This document shows, piece after piece, positions 36,995-46,054 of a stretch of DNA of 64,000 bases. The notes beneath the pieces are model-generated. The model saw only the letters and a list, made by a program, of their open reading frames with translations, was not told the DNA's origin and made no database searches. The stretch is taken from NCBI GenBank assembly GCA_017434895.1, contig JAFSGB010000016.1:23013-87012 (forward strand). Reading direction: 5' to 3'. Source of the DNA: Clostridia bacterium (GTDB lineage Bacteria; Bacillota; Clostridia; Oscillospirales; Acutalibacteraceae). Position numbers and translations under genes: made by a program. How positions within the stretch are numbered: position 1 is the stretch's first letter; every line of letters begins with the position of its first letter.

Positions 36995-37008
36995 AAACGT
37001 TTCCTCCT

Positions 37009-37029
37009 CGAACATTTTTTCTTATTATA
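37009..37029 (-). promoter_or_regulatory. lexA -10 box plus a degenerate SOS (Cheo-type) box
   Basis: On the - strand, TATAAT (37024-37029) is followed by AGAAAAAATGTTCG (37009-22). One perfect half-site (GTTCG/CGAAC), with the other half 3/5. Confidence 0.35.
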
Positions 37030-37401
37030 TCATTCTTTTTTGTCTTTTGCAACCCTGAAAAAGGTTTCTTTAATGCCCATTAAAACAAGCAATACGCCGA
37101 AAATTTTACCGATAATTTCTCCGCCCATAATATCGGCTAAATATATTCCGCAAAGGGCGCCCACAAGCCCAAATGCAGCCAGTGGCAGGACAGTTTTCCA
37201 TTTGACAGCGCCCCTAAAAGCATAAATTGTAACCGCAAGCAGTGAAATGGGGATAAAAAATATAAGATTAATTCCTCCTGCAGTCAAGCGGTCAGTGTCA
37301 GTAAAGAGGTTAAGATAAATTATAAGCACCGCTCCACCGCCAAGCCCCATTGCTCCTGCAATTCCTGAAAAAAGCCCTACTAAAAGGGCGATGATATTCA
37401 C
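37030..37401 (-). CDS. TauE/SafE (TSUP) family half-size membrane protein, C-terminal-half equivalent
   Basis: 123 aa, 4 TM. ..GGGAVLII.. motif. Confidence 0.7.
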   Translation of the reverse strand: MNIIALLVGLFSGIAGAMGLGGGAVLIIYLNLFTDTDRLTAGGINLIFFIPISLLAVTIYAFRGAVKWKTVLPLAAFGLVGALCGIYLADIMGGEIIGKIFGVLLVLMGIKETFFRVAKDKKE

Positions 37402-37751
37402 TTTGTAAGCAGACGAACGCCTGCATAAATTATGAAAATTCCGAATATTCTTTTGAGTAGCAAAGGTGATATTTTTTTTAGAATTACAGTGCCCAAAACC
37501 GCTCCCGCAATACCTGTTAAAATATATGGCGAGGCATCGCTCAACCGCACAGTACCTTTAATTAAATAAAGCGCTGCGCTAAGCGCGCTTACGGGTAAAA
37601 TCACCGCTACGGCATTGGCGTGCGCCTCCCTTTTGGAAAGCCCTGATTTTTCTAATAGAGGCACTGCAATTATGCCCCCGCCCGCGCCGAAAATACTGTT
37701 TGCAAGCCCCATTAAAAAACCGCCTATTACGGTAATCGGCTTTAATTTCAT
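37398..37751 (-). CDS. TauE/SafE (TSUP) family half-size membrane protein, N-terminal-half equivalent
   Basis: 4 TM. ..GAGGGIIAVPLL.. motif. The ATG at 37751 follows GGAGG. There is a 4-nt ATGA overlap with the next half. Confidence 0.7.
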   Translation of the reverse strand: MKLKPITVIGGFLMGLANSIFGAGGGIIAVPLLEKSGLSKREAHANAVAVILPVSALSAALYLIKGTVRLSDASPYILTGIAGAVLGTVILKKISPLLLKRIFGIFIIYAGVRLLTK

Positions 37752-37795
37752 ACAACCGCCTCCGTGAGGTAGTATTTCCAAAAAAACATTTTCTA

Positions 37796-37824
37796 TTGAC
37801 ATAAAATATCGCGACTGCTAAAAT
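37796..37824 (+). promoter_or_regulatory. mntP promoter
   Basis: TTGACA (37796-37801), 17-nt spacer, TAAAAT (37819-37824). Confidence 0.6.
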
Positions 37825-37852
37825 ATAGATAATTTTTAAAGAGGTGTTTATT

Positions 37853-38416
37853 TTGGGTCTACTGGAACTTTTTATTTTAGCCATAGGCCTTTCGATGGAT
37901 GCTTTCGCCGTTGCAATCTGCAAGGGCCTTGCTACAGAAAGGGTTACGCTCAAGCATTCTTGTATAACAGGCGCGTGGTTTGGCGGATTTCAGGCGTTAA
38001 TGCCGCTAATTGGATACTTTTTGGGAACCTCTTTCGAAAAGTACGTTACTAAGGTTGACCACTGGATAGCCTTTATTTTGCTTGGCGCTATCGGCACTAA
38101 TATGATTAAGGAAGCCTTTAGTAAAGAGGAAAATGATACCGACTGCTCCTTTGCCTTTAAAACAATGCTTGTAATGGCAGTTGCCACCAGTATTGACGCT
38201 TTGGCAGTAGGAATCACCTTTGCGCTGCTTCCCGAGATTAATATCTTTGCCGCCATAACCCTTATCGGCGTTATAACCTTTATTATGTCGGCTATAGGCG
38301 TAACGCTTGGCAATGTTTTCGGCGGGAAATACAAGTCCAAGGCTGAGTTTTTAGGCGGAGCAATTTTAATTATTTTAGGGCTTAAAATTCTTCTTGAGCA
38401 TTTAGACGTGTTATAA
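37853..38416 (+). CDS. mntP: Manganese efflux pump MntP
   Basis: ..[12 protein letters not shown].. and a second ..[10 protein letters not shown].. repeat. The TTG at 37853 lies 8 nt after AAAGAGG; the track start is the GTG at 37844. Confidence 0.85.
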   Translation: MGLLELFILAIGLSMDAFAVAICKGLATERVTLKHSCITGAWFGGFQALMPLIGYFLGTSFEKYVTKVDHWIAFILLGAIGTNMIKEAFSKEENDTDCSFAFKTMLVMAVATSIDALAVGITFALLPEINIFAAITLIGVITFIMSAIGVTLGNVFGGKYKSKAEFLGGAILIILGLKILLEHLDVL

Positions 38417-38429
38417 TGACTATGTGAAT

Positions 38430-38458
38430 GTCGAAATAGGGCAAAGCCCTATTTCGAC
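38430..38458 (+). terminator. 13-bp perfect hairpin after mntP, with no clear U-run
   Basis: GTCGAAATAGGGC-AAA-GCCCTATTTCGAC. Confidence 0.45.
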
Positions 38459-38512
38459 TGCGAATTCTTTGAATTCGCAAACAATTACCAACGGGAAAAT
38501 GAACATATTCAT

Positions 38513-38630
38513 TGAAATGATATCGAAGTTGCAAAATAACGTTTTAAGACGTTTTTTGCAAAATACAGCCAATTTTTATCGGCTTTGTCGAGAAATTCAA
38601 TCAATTTCTCGACATTTGATAATCATTATA
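38513..38630. repeat. 118-nt structured intergenic element, copy 2
   Basis: See copy 1. It lies between convergent genes. Confidence 0.9.
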
Positions 38631-38662
38631 AAATTAAAGCCTCCCTTTCGGGAGGATTTTTT
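38631..38662. terminator. Bidirectional-type hairpin after the amidohydrolase gene
   Basis: CCTCCC-TTTC-GGGAGG with T6 on the + strand and CTTTAATTTT on the - strand. Confidence 0.6.
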
Positions 38663-39449
38663 ATATTCGCAATAGCTTTTCTGCGTTTTGGTGGGTAATC
38701 TTTTCAAAATCGCCGCTACCTAAATCCAAGGTTTTAAGCAGACGCATTTCCATTTCGGCAGTGTGCCAAGGGGAGTCGGTGCCGAAAAGGATTTTATCAG
38801 CCGAATGGGTCTCAAGAATTTTTTGAGCGTAGTATTTCGGCATATTTCCGTAGCCGAAAGAGGTGTCAAAGTAAATTTCCTTGCCGCAAAGGTGTTTAAT
38901 TACCGCTTCGCCGCAGTCGATTCCACCCCAGTGAGCCGCTACAACAGGGCAGTCAAGGTACTTTAATGCCCTTTCCATTTTGTCGGGTGTGGCGCCGTAG
39001 GGCGGCGGAAAGCCATAGTCAAAGCCGGCATGGAAAATTGTGATAAGCCCTAAAGAGGAAATCTTTTTGTATATGGGTATCATTTTCTCCTCGTCCACAC
39101 TAAAGCCTTGATAATCAGGGTGCAATTTTACCCCCTTAAGCCCCAAGGAGCTGATACGCTCCAGCTCGTAAACACAGTCCTCGCTGTCGGGGAAAACCGA
39201 GCCGAAGCTTATAATATTTCCGCCGTTTATGCTGGCGGCAAAATCGTTAACACTTGTTTGCTGGCGGGCGTTTGTGGCAATGTTAAGCACCACCGCCTTG
39301 TCAACACCTTGCTCATTCATTAATTGTTTTAACCCCGAAACAGTGCCGTTGGTATAGGGCGTCAGCCCGCCCGAGGCAAAGGACAGCTTTTCTATTGCCT
39401 TTTGAGCTATTTTTTCGGGAAAACAGTGGGTGTGAAAATCTATAAGCAT
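38661..39449 (-). CDS. Amidohydrolase-2 (TIM-barrel metal-dependent hydrolase) family protein
   Basis: MLIDFHTHCFP.. N-terminus, ..KLHP.., ..FHAG.., ..FGTDSPW. Confidence 0.75.
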   Translation of the reverse strand: MLIDFHTHCFPEKIAQKAIEKLSFASGGLTPYTNGTVSGLKQLMNEQGVDKAVVLNIATNARQQTSVNDFAASINGGNIISFGSVFPDSEDCVYELERISSLGLKGVKLHPDYQGFSVDEEKMIPIYKKISSLGLITIFHAGFDYGFPPPYGATPDKMERALKYLDCPVVAAHWGGIDCGEAVIKHLCGKEIYFDTSFGYGNMPKYYAQKILETHSADKILFGTDSPWHTAEMEMRLLKTLDLGSGDFEKITHQNAEKLLRI

Positions 39450-39500
39450 TATAATTCCTCCATTAGTAATAGTATGCCTTTTTTTGCGAAAAATTTGTCT

Positions 39501-40532
39501 TTAAATAAAATAATACACTGTATCCCACGCGGGAAGCGAGGGAAAATGCCGCATATAAATTTTATAATCTTTTCTGATTGAAAGTACTGTTTTCGGGATT
39601 TCAAAAAAATCCTCGGTGCGGTGATAAGCAGAGATTATCATTTTCGGTCGGTGGGCAAGAATAGTCTTTTCGGCTCCTTTAATCGCCCGCTTTTCCTCAC
39701 CCTCGACATCCATTTTAATAATGCTTACCCTTTCTCCTTTAAGCAGGTCGTCAACGGTGGAAAACTCGGTTTGAGTCCCCTCCCCCACAGAGGAATTGCG
39801 TCCGCCGTTCATGGAAAATTCGCCCGTGCCCGTAAAATCAGAGATGCAGATATTAAAGCAGTCAATTTTAAGCCCCTTTGTGTTTTCTGCAAGCTTTTTA
39901 AAGGTTTTTTTATCCGGCTCGACTGCAATTATTTTTTCATAAAACGGAAATCTGTCGGCAAAATCCAGTGCGGTGTCTCCATTGTAGGCTCCAAGGTCAA
40001 GCACCCTTTCTTTTGAGTTTGAAGCTAAAATATTTTGAAACGGCTCGTCAAAAGAAGTCTCGCAATTAAAAAGATAATCTATTTTTCCGCTTAGCTTGTA
40101 TTTAACCGTATTTGAAAAGGTAAGACGTGATTGCTCGTCTGCCAAAAGAGAATAAATGCTGTCAAAATCTGCCTTGTTTTCACAGTAGTAGTGAAAATCG
40201 AAAAGTCTGTCACCGATGACAGGCACCTCGGGAGCATAAAGCTCTTGCTCCTTTGCTATTTTTTTAATATTGTCAATTACCTGCAGCAGATGTGTGCCAA
40301 AGCAAAGAAGCACTATCATATCACCGAAACGCTCTTTAAGTGCAGAGTAGCTTTCAATCGGCATACCGTGAAAAAGCTTGTTCCTTACAAAGCCATCGGA
40401 GGCGAAAATACCGCTGTAAGAAATCCCCTTTTGCTCTAAAACCTTTATAATCTTATCGGCACCGTTACCCATACCGTAAAGCACAATGGGTTTTTGTGCC
40501 GTTTTTAAATACTGCCATAAATCGCGTTCCAT
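39501..40532 (-). CDS. FkbM-family methyltransferase
   Basis: C-terminal half VLDLGAYNGDTALDFA..IIAVEPD..IIKMDVEGEE is an FkbM-type SAM methyltransferase. The N-terminal ~160 aa form an extra domain. Confidence 0.7.
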   Translation of the reverse strand: MERDLWQYLKTAQKPIVLYGMGNGADKIIKVLEQKGISYSGIFASDGFVRNKLFHGMPIESYSALKERFGDMIVLLCFGTHLLQVIDNIKKIAKEQELYAPEVPVIGDRLFDFHYYCENKADFDSIYSLLADEQSRLTFSNTVKYKLSGKIDYLFNCETSFDEPFQNILASNSKERVLDLGAYNGDTALDFADRFPFYEKIIAVEPDKKTFKKLAENTKGLKIDCFNICISDFTGTGEFSMNGGRNSSVGEGTQTEFSTVDDLLKGERVSIIKMDVEGEEKRAIKGAEKTILAHRPKMIISAYHRTEDFFEIPKTVLSIRKDYKIYMRHFPSLPAWDTVYYFI

Positions 40533-40652
40533 TTTTTCACCTCGGAAAGCATTCTATCACAACTTTTTAAATTAAGCAACTATAACAAGTATTACCGCCC
40601 GAATTTGGCTATTTAAATTAACAAAAAATTAATTATTTTTTCAAAAAAGTTA

Positions 40653-40681
40653 ATGACATTATGCTTTGGTTGTGGTATAAT
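40653..40681 (+). promoter_or_regulatory. polA promoter
   Basis: ATGACA, 17-nt spacer, extended -10 TGGTATAAT. Confidence 0.55.
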
Positions 40682-40716
40682 AATTTAGAATATAATTTTC
40701 TTTCGGGAGGGACAAA

Positions 40717-43218
40717 ATGAAACTGCTTTGCATTGACGGGAACAGTATCATAAACCGTGCATTTTACGGCATAAAACTGCTCACCACCAAGGACGGGCTT
40801 TATACCAATGCTCTTTACGGTTTTATTAATATCCTTAACCGATTACTGGAAAGCGAAAAACCGGACGGCGTGGCAGTCGCCTTCGATTTAAAGGCTCCCA
40901 CCTTTCGCCATTTAAAGTACAGCGAGTACAAGGCAGGCAGAAAGGGTATGCCCGAGGAGCTGCACGCTCAAATGCCCATTTTAAAGGAATGGCTTCGTCT
41001 TGCAGGCTACACCTGTATTGAGTGCGAGGGTTACGAGGCTGACGATATTTTGGGTACCCTTGCGAAAATTTGCGAGGAAACAGGCAACGAATGTGTTATT
41101 TCCACAGGTGACCGCGACTCTTTGCAGTTGATTTCCGACAAAACAAGGGTTGTGCTTGTTGGCAACCGCGAAAACATCAATTACACCAAGGAAGCTCTTT
41201 TTGAAAAATACGGTTTGACGCCCGAGGAAATGATTGAGTTTAAGGCGCTTATGGGCGACTCGTCCGACAATATACCGGGTGTTGCAGGAGTGGGTGAAAA
41301 AACCGCCACAGATTTAATTACAAAATATCACAATATTGATTACATTTATGAAAACCTTGACTCTCTGGACATTAAGGACACAATTCGGCTAAAGCTTGCA
41401 AACGGCAGAGAAAGTGCCTATTTAAGCCGTGATTTGGGAACTATCTGCAAAACCGCCCCCATAAACGGAAATATTGCCGATTATAAGACAAGACCCCGAA
41501 ACGACGGGGAGTTGGCACGGCTTATGACAAAATTAGAGTTTTTCAAGCTTATGGAAAAAATGGGCCTTACGCCGGACAACCGTCAATCTAACGCCACCGA
41601 AAGCAAAACCGTTAAGACCTACAAGCAAGAAAAACCCACAGTATTCGACAGTATCACCCTTTACAGTGACGAAAACGGCTTTGCAGGGGTTGTGGGAAAC
41701 AACGTTTTCCCCCTTTCAAAGGTAGAATTTGAAATCATTTTACTAAATAAAGAAATAAGCAAAACCGTCCATAATGCAAAGGCTGTTTGGAAAGAATACC
41801 CAAAAGCCGAAAACATCATTTTTGACCCCATGCTCGGAGCCTATCTTTGCAACCCCTCGGCTTCAAGCTATGCTGTTGACCGCCTTATTGCGGAATATTG
41901 CACCGAAACGATTGAGGTCTCGGACGAGACCCTTAAAAATGCCTGCCTTTTAAATGAGGCGTGCATTACCCTTTTTGAGGAGCTAAAAAAAACAGAGCAA
42001 TTAAAGCTTTTAAAGGAAATCGAAATCCCCTTGTCCCGCGTGTTGTCGGATATGGAAAATGTGGGCTTTAAGGTCGATAAAAAAGCTTTGCAGAATATGT
42101 CTGCAGAATTGGGTGAGAGGATTTCCTTAATAGAAAAAGAGGTTTTTGACCTTGTAGGCTATGAATTTAACCTTAATTCGCCTAAGCAGTTAGGTATTGC
42201 TCTTTTCGAAAAGCTGGGGCTTCCCGCCAAAAAGAAAACCAAAAGCGGTTACAGTACGGGAGCCGAGGTTTTAGAGGAGCTGAAAAACATTCACCCCGCA
42301 GTTGCCCTTATTCTGGAATACCGTCAGCTTGCGAAATTAAAATCCACATATACAGACGGACTTCAAGACTGCATTGAAGCTGACGGCAGAATTCACACCA
42401 CCTTTAATCAGGTGGAAACCAGAACCGGTCGCATAAGCTCCTTAGAGCCTAATTTACAAAATATTCCCGTCCGAACCGAAATGGGAAGACGTCTTCGTGA
42501 GTTTTTCGTAGCTGAGGAAGGCAACCTGCTGGTTGATGCCGACTATTCCCAAATTGAACTGAGAGTTTTGGCACACATTTCGGGCGACAAAGCAATGCAG
42601 AACGCCTTTAAGAGCGAAACCGACATTCACACCGTCACCGCATCTCAGGTTTTCGGTGTTCCCTTGGATTTCGTGACACCCGTTATGAGAAGCAGAGCCA
42701 AGGCGGTTAATTTCGGAATCGTTTACGGAATTGGTGCATTTTCTCTTTCGAAGGACATCGGCGTTACAAGAAAAGAGGCCGACACCTATATTAAAAATTA
42801 CCTTTCCACCTACAAAGGTGTTGCGCGCTACATGGAAAACGCCATTAACGATGCCAAGCTTAATGGCTTTGTTACCACTATTTTTTCCAGACGCCGTTAT
42901 CTGCCCGAGCTTCACAATTCCAACAAAATGCTGGTTGCTTTTGGGGAAAGGGTAGCTCGAAACGCACCGATACAAGGCTCGGCGGCAGATATTATAAAGC
43001 TTGCGATGATTAGGGTTTGGGAAAAGCTTAAAACGGATTATCCGACGGCAAAGCTGATACTTCAGGTACACGACGAGCTTATTGTTGAGTGCAGTGAAAA
43101 AGATGCCGAGGGTGTAAGACGACTTTTGTCAAGTGAAATGGAAAATGCGGTTAATTTAAGCGTTAAGCTTACCGCAGACGCCGCTTTCGGCAAAAACTGG
43201 CTAGAGGCAAAAGGATAA
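40717..43218 (+). CDS. polA: DNA polymerase I
   Basis: 833 aa. 5' nuclease (LIDGNS..), and Pol A motifs DYSQIELR, RRxAKAVNFGIVYG, QVHDEL. Confidence 0.95.
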   Translation: MKLLCIDGNSIINRAFYGIKLLTTKDGLYTNALYGFINILNRLLESEKPDGVAVAFDLKAPTFRHLKYSEYKAGRKGMPEELHAQMPILKEWLRLAGYTCIECEGYEADDILGTLAKICEETGNECVISTGDRDSLQLISDKTRVVLVGNRENINYTKEALFEKYGLTPEEMIEFKALMGDSSDNIPGVAGVGEKTATDLITKYHNIDYIYENLDSLDIKDTIRLKLANGRESAYLSRDLGTICKTAPINGNIADYKTRPRNDGELARLMTKLEFFKLMEKMGLTPDNRQSNATESKTVKTYKQEKPTVFDSITLYSDENGFAGVVGNNVFPLSKVEFEIILLNKEISKTVHNAKAVWKEYPKAENIIFDPMLGAYLCNPSASSYAVDRLIAEYCTETIEVSDETLKNACLLNEACITLFEELKKTEQLKLLKEIEIPLSRVLSDMENVGFKVDKKALQNMSAELGERISLIEKEVFDLVGYEFNLNSPKQLGIALFEKLGLPAKKKTKSGYSTGAEVLEELKNIHPAVALILEYRQLAKLKSTYTDGLQDCIEADGRIHTTFNQVETRTGRISSLEPNLQNIPVRTEMGRRLREFFVAEEGNLLVDADYSQIELRVLAHISGDKAMQNAFKSETDIHTVTASQVFGVPLDFVTPVMRSRAKAVNFGIVYGIGAFSLSKDIGVTRKEADTYIKNYLSTYKGVARYMENAINDAKLNGFVTTIFSRRRYLPELHNSNKMLVAFGERVARNAPIQGSAADIIKLAMIRVWEKLKTDYPTAKLILQVHDELIVECSEKDAEGVRRLLSSEMENAVNLSVKLTADAAFGKNWLEAKG

Positions 43219-44060
43219 TGAATATACTTTTTGTTTGTACGGGAAACACCTGCCGCAGTCCTATGGCGGAGCGGTACTTGGAATCAAGAAAAATTCCCGA
43301 TTTAAAGGTTGAAAGCCGAGGACTTTCGGCTACGGGCGATGCGGTAAGCCAAAATGCCGTTACCGTAATGCGTGAAATGGGCATTGATTTGTCGGGTGAC
43401 ATTTCGGCGCCACTTACTGCAAAAGATTTAATATGGGCGGACAAGATAATTTATATGTCAAGCGCCCACGGCACAGTGCTTTCCCTTTACACACCAAAAG
43501 AAAAGCTGTTAATGTTAGGCGGTGGAATTTCCGACCCGTTTGGGGGAAATGAGGACAGATACCGCCAGTGCCGAGACGAAATTTTTTCAGCAATCGACGC
43601 TCTTATCTCCGAAGGCTTTTTCGAGGAAACGGTTATTTCCCGAGCCGACGAAAGCGATGTTAAATTCATTGCCGATTTAGAAAAGGAATGCTTTAGCACT
43701 CCTTGGAGCGAAAAAGCGATAAAGGAAGCAATGGAAAACGGCACCAAATTTTTCACCGCTAAAAAAGGTAAAAAAACCGTTGGCTACATTGGAATAAATG
43801 CCGTTTTGGATGAGGGCTACATCACCAATATTGCCGTCACCGAAGGCTCACGCAAAAAAGGCGTGGGAACCGCACTTTTAAACAGAGTTTTTGCCGTAGC
43901 ACAGGACAGTGAGCTTGCCTTTGTTTCCTTGGAGGTCAGACCCTCCAATCAAAACGCCATTTCTCTTTACACCGCTCTTGGCTTTAAAAAGGAAGGCAGA
44001 CGAAAAAGCTTTTACGATAGCCCAAAAGAGGATGCGCTCATATTAACTAAGAGGTTTTAA
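43218..44060 (+). CDS. Fusion of a low-molecular-weight protein phosphatase (aa 1-~140) with a RimI-type N-acetyltransferase (aa ~145-280)
   Basis: The CTGNTCRSPMAE P-loop and SDPFGG D-loop are followed by a GNAT fold (..ITNIAV....RKKGVGTALL..; ..EVR.SN..AI.LY...GF). One uninterrupted ORF directly upstream of tsaD. Confidence 0.85.
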   Translation: MNILFVCTGNTCRSPMAERYLESRKIPDLKVESRGLSATGDAVSQNAVTVMREMGIDLSGDISAPLTAKDLIWADKIIYMSSAHGTVLSLYTPKEKLLMLGGGISDPFGGNEDRYRQCRDEIFSAIDALISEGFFEETVISRADESDVKFIADLEKECFSTPWSEKAIKEAMENGTKFFTAKKGKKTVGYIGINAVLDEGYITNIAVTEGSRKKGVGTALLNRVFAVAQDSELAFVSLEVRPSNQNAISLYTALGFKKEGRRKSFYDSPKEDALILTKRF

Positions 44061-44062
44061 AT

Positions 44063-45073
44063 ATGATAATTTTAAGCATTGAAAGTTCTTGCGACGAAAC
44101 AAGCGTTGCAGTTTGCCGAGAAAGAGATGTGCTTTCAAATATTGTGGCGACTCAAATTGAGGAGCATAAAATTTACGGCGGAGTAGTGCCCGAAATTGCC
44201 TCTCGCAGACACTGTGAAGCAATCAGTCAGGTGTGTGATGAAGCGGTAAATCAAGCCGGCATTACCTATGACGATATTGAAGCGGTGGCAGTCACCTTTG
44301 CCCCTGGACTAATCGGGGCGCTGCTTGTGGGCGTTAATTTTGCAAAGGGGTTGGCACTCTCCCTTGGTGTGCCGCTTATTCCCGTTCACCATTTAAGAAG
44401 CCACATTGCCGCCAACTACATAGAAAGCCCTCAGCTTAAACCTCCGTTTTTATGCCTTTTGGTATCGGGCGGAAACACGGTTTTAGCCGAGGTCACAGAT
44501 TACACGAAATTTAACATTTTAGGTGCCACTATGGACGATGCGGCAGGCGAATGCTTTGACAAGGCCGCCCGTTTTATGGGTCTTTCCTACCCGGGAGGAG
44601 TAAATCTTGACAAAATTGCTACTGTGGCTGACCCTCAAAAATATCCACTGCCCACGCCCAAGGTTGGGGAAAACGACCTTAATTTCAGCTTTTCGGGTCT
44701 TAAAACGGCGGTTATTAACCTAATTCACAACAAGGAGCAAAAGGGCGAGGCGGTTGATGTGCCCGTTCTTTGCGCCACACTTCGCCAAAAGGTTTGCGAT
44801 ATTCTAATTGACTCCACCCTAAAGGCGGCAGAGCGTTACGGCCACAAAAAAATTGCCGTAGCAGGGGGAGTTTCCGCCAATTCGGAGCTTAGAAGCCGTT
44901 TGGAAAGTGAATGTAAGGCAAGAAATTTAGCGCTTTTCTACCCACCCCTTAAATACTGCGGCGACAATGCCGCCATGGTGGGCGTTCAGGCCTTTTATGA
45001 ATATAAGGACGGTAATGTTGCAGGGCAAGACCTTAATGCCACTGCCACACTGCCGATAAATTACAATTCGTAA
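44063..45073 (+). CDS. tsaD: tRNA N6-adenosine threonylcarbamoyltransferase
   Basis: 336 aa. ILSIESSCDETS, HH..SH, VSGG.T, GGV.AN..LR. Confidence 0.95.
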   Translation: MIILSIESSCDETSVAVCRERDVLSNIVATQIEEHKIYGGVVPEIASRRHCEAISQVCDEAVNQAGITYDDIEAVAVTFAPGLIGALLVGVNFAKGLALSLGVPLIPVHHLRSHIAANYIESPQLKPPFLCLLVSGGNTVLAEVTDYTKFNILGATMDDAAGECFDKAARFMGLSYPGGVNLDKIATVADPQKYPLPTPKVGENDLNFSFSGLKTAVINLIHNKEQKGEAVDVPVLCATLRQKVCDILIDSTLKAAERYGHKKIAVAGGVSANSELRSRLESECKARNLALFYPPLKYCGDNAAMVGVQAFYEYKDGNVAGQDLNATATLPINYNS

Positions 45074-45151
45074 TGCTTAATGTGTAATTAAATGTGTAGC
45101 CAAGGACACACATTCATCTGACATCTGATATCTGAATTTTGAGGTGTTTAT

Positions 45152-46054
45152 ATGAAAAATTTACTTCTTATTGTTAACCCGCGCTCGGGCAGAGCCAAAA
45201 TGGGACCCGCACTGTTAAGTGTGGTGGAGATTTTTTCAAAAGCAGACTACTCTGTTACGGTTTACCCCACCAAGGAGCGTGAGGATGCCACCCGAAAGGT
45301 GGAAACCCTTAAAACGGGAGACTATGATTTGATTGTTGTCTGCGGCGGCGACGGAACCTTAAACGAGGTCATAACGGGACTTATGCGCTCATCTGCCGAT
45401 GTTCCAATAGGCTACATCCCCGCAGGCACCCTTAATGAGTGGTCAACGGGACTTGGAATTTCAAAGGTTATTCGCACTGCAGCAAAGGATATTGTGAAAG
45501 GAAAAGAAATCACCCTTGATATCGGAAAATTCGGCGACAAATATTTCACCTACACGGCATCCTTCGGTGCATTTACCTCTGCCTCCTACTCTGCAAACCA
45601 AGATATTAAAAATGTTCTCGGTCAAGCGGCTTACTTTTTTGAGGGAATAAAATCCCTTGGCGCAATTAAGCCTATTCACCTTAAATTTGAAGCCGATGGC
45701 AGAGTAATTGAGGACAACTTCCTTTTCGGTGCCGTTTCCAACTCGATGAGTGTGGGCGGAATTGTAAAATTTGACCAGTCGGTTGTAAAGCTTAATGACG
45801 GACTTTTTGAGGTGCTCCTCATTAAAAATCCCTCTAATATACTTAAATTACAACCTATGCTTGACGGTATTTTAAAGCAAGAGCTAAACCGCGACGGTAT
45901 GGAATTTTTCCACACAAGTAAAATCACCGTTACGAACGGAGAAGGCCTTGACTGGACTCTGGACGGAGAAAAAGCCACATCGGGCAAAACGTTGGAAATA
46001 ACGAACTGTAAAAACGCAGTAAGATTTATAGTACCAAAAAAAGGAGAAAAATAA
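45152..46054 (+). CDS. Diacylglycerol/lipid kinase family protein (YegS/DagK type)
   Basis: ..IVNP.SG.., CGGDGTLNEV, IPAGT.N. Confidence 0.85.
   Translation: MKNLLLIVNPRSGRAKMGPALLSVVEIFSKADYSVTVYPTKEREDATRKVETLKTGDYDLIVVCGGDGTLNEVITGLMRSSADVPIGYIPAGTLNEWSTGLGISKVIRTAAKDIVKGKEITLDIGKFGDKYFTYTASFGAFTSASYSANQDIKNVLGQAAYFFEGIKSLGAIKPIHLKFEADGRVIEDNFLFGAVSNSMSVGGIVKFDQSVVKLNDGLFEVLLIKNPSNILKLQPMLDGILKQELNRDGMEFFHTSKITVTNGEGLDWTLDGEKATSGKTLEITNCKNAVRFIVPKKGEK

Noticed and set aside
37752-37852. yybP-ykoY manganese riboswitch upstream of mntP
   Set aside because: Only about 100 nt separate the divergent starts, and most of that is taken by a clear TTGACA-17-TAAAAT promoter and the RBS. There is no room for the ~100-nt four-helix aptamer.
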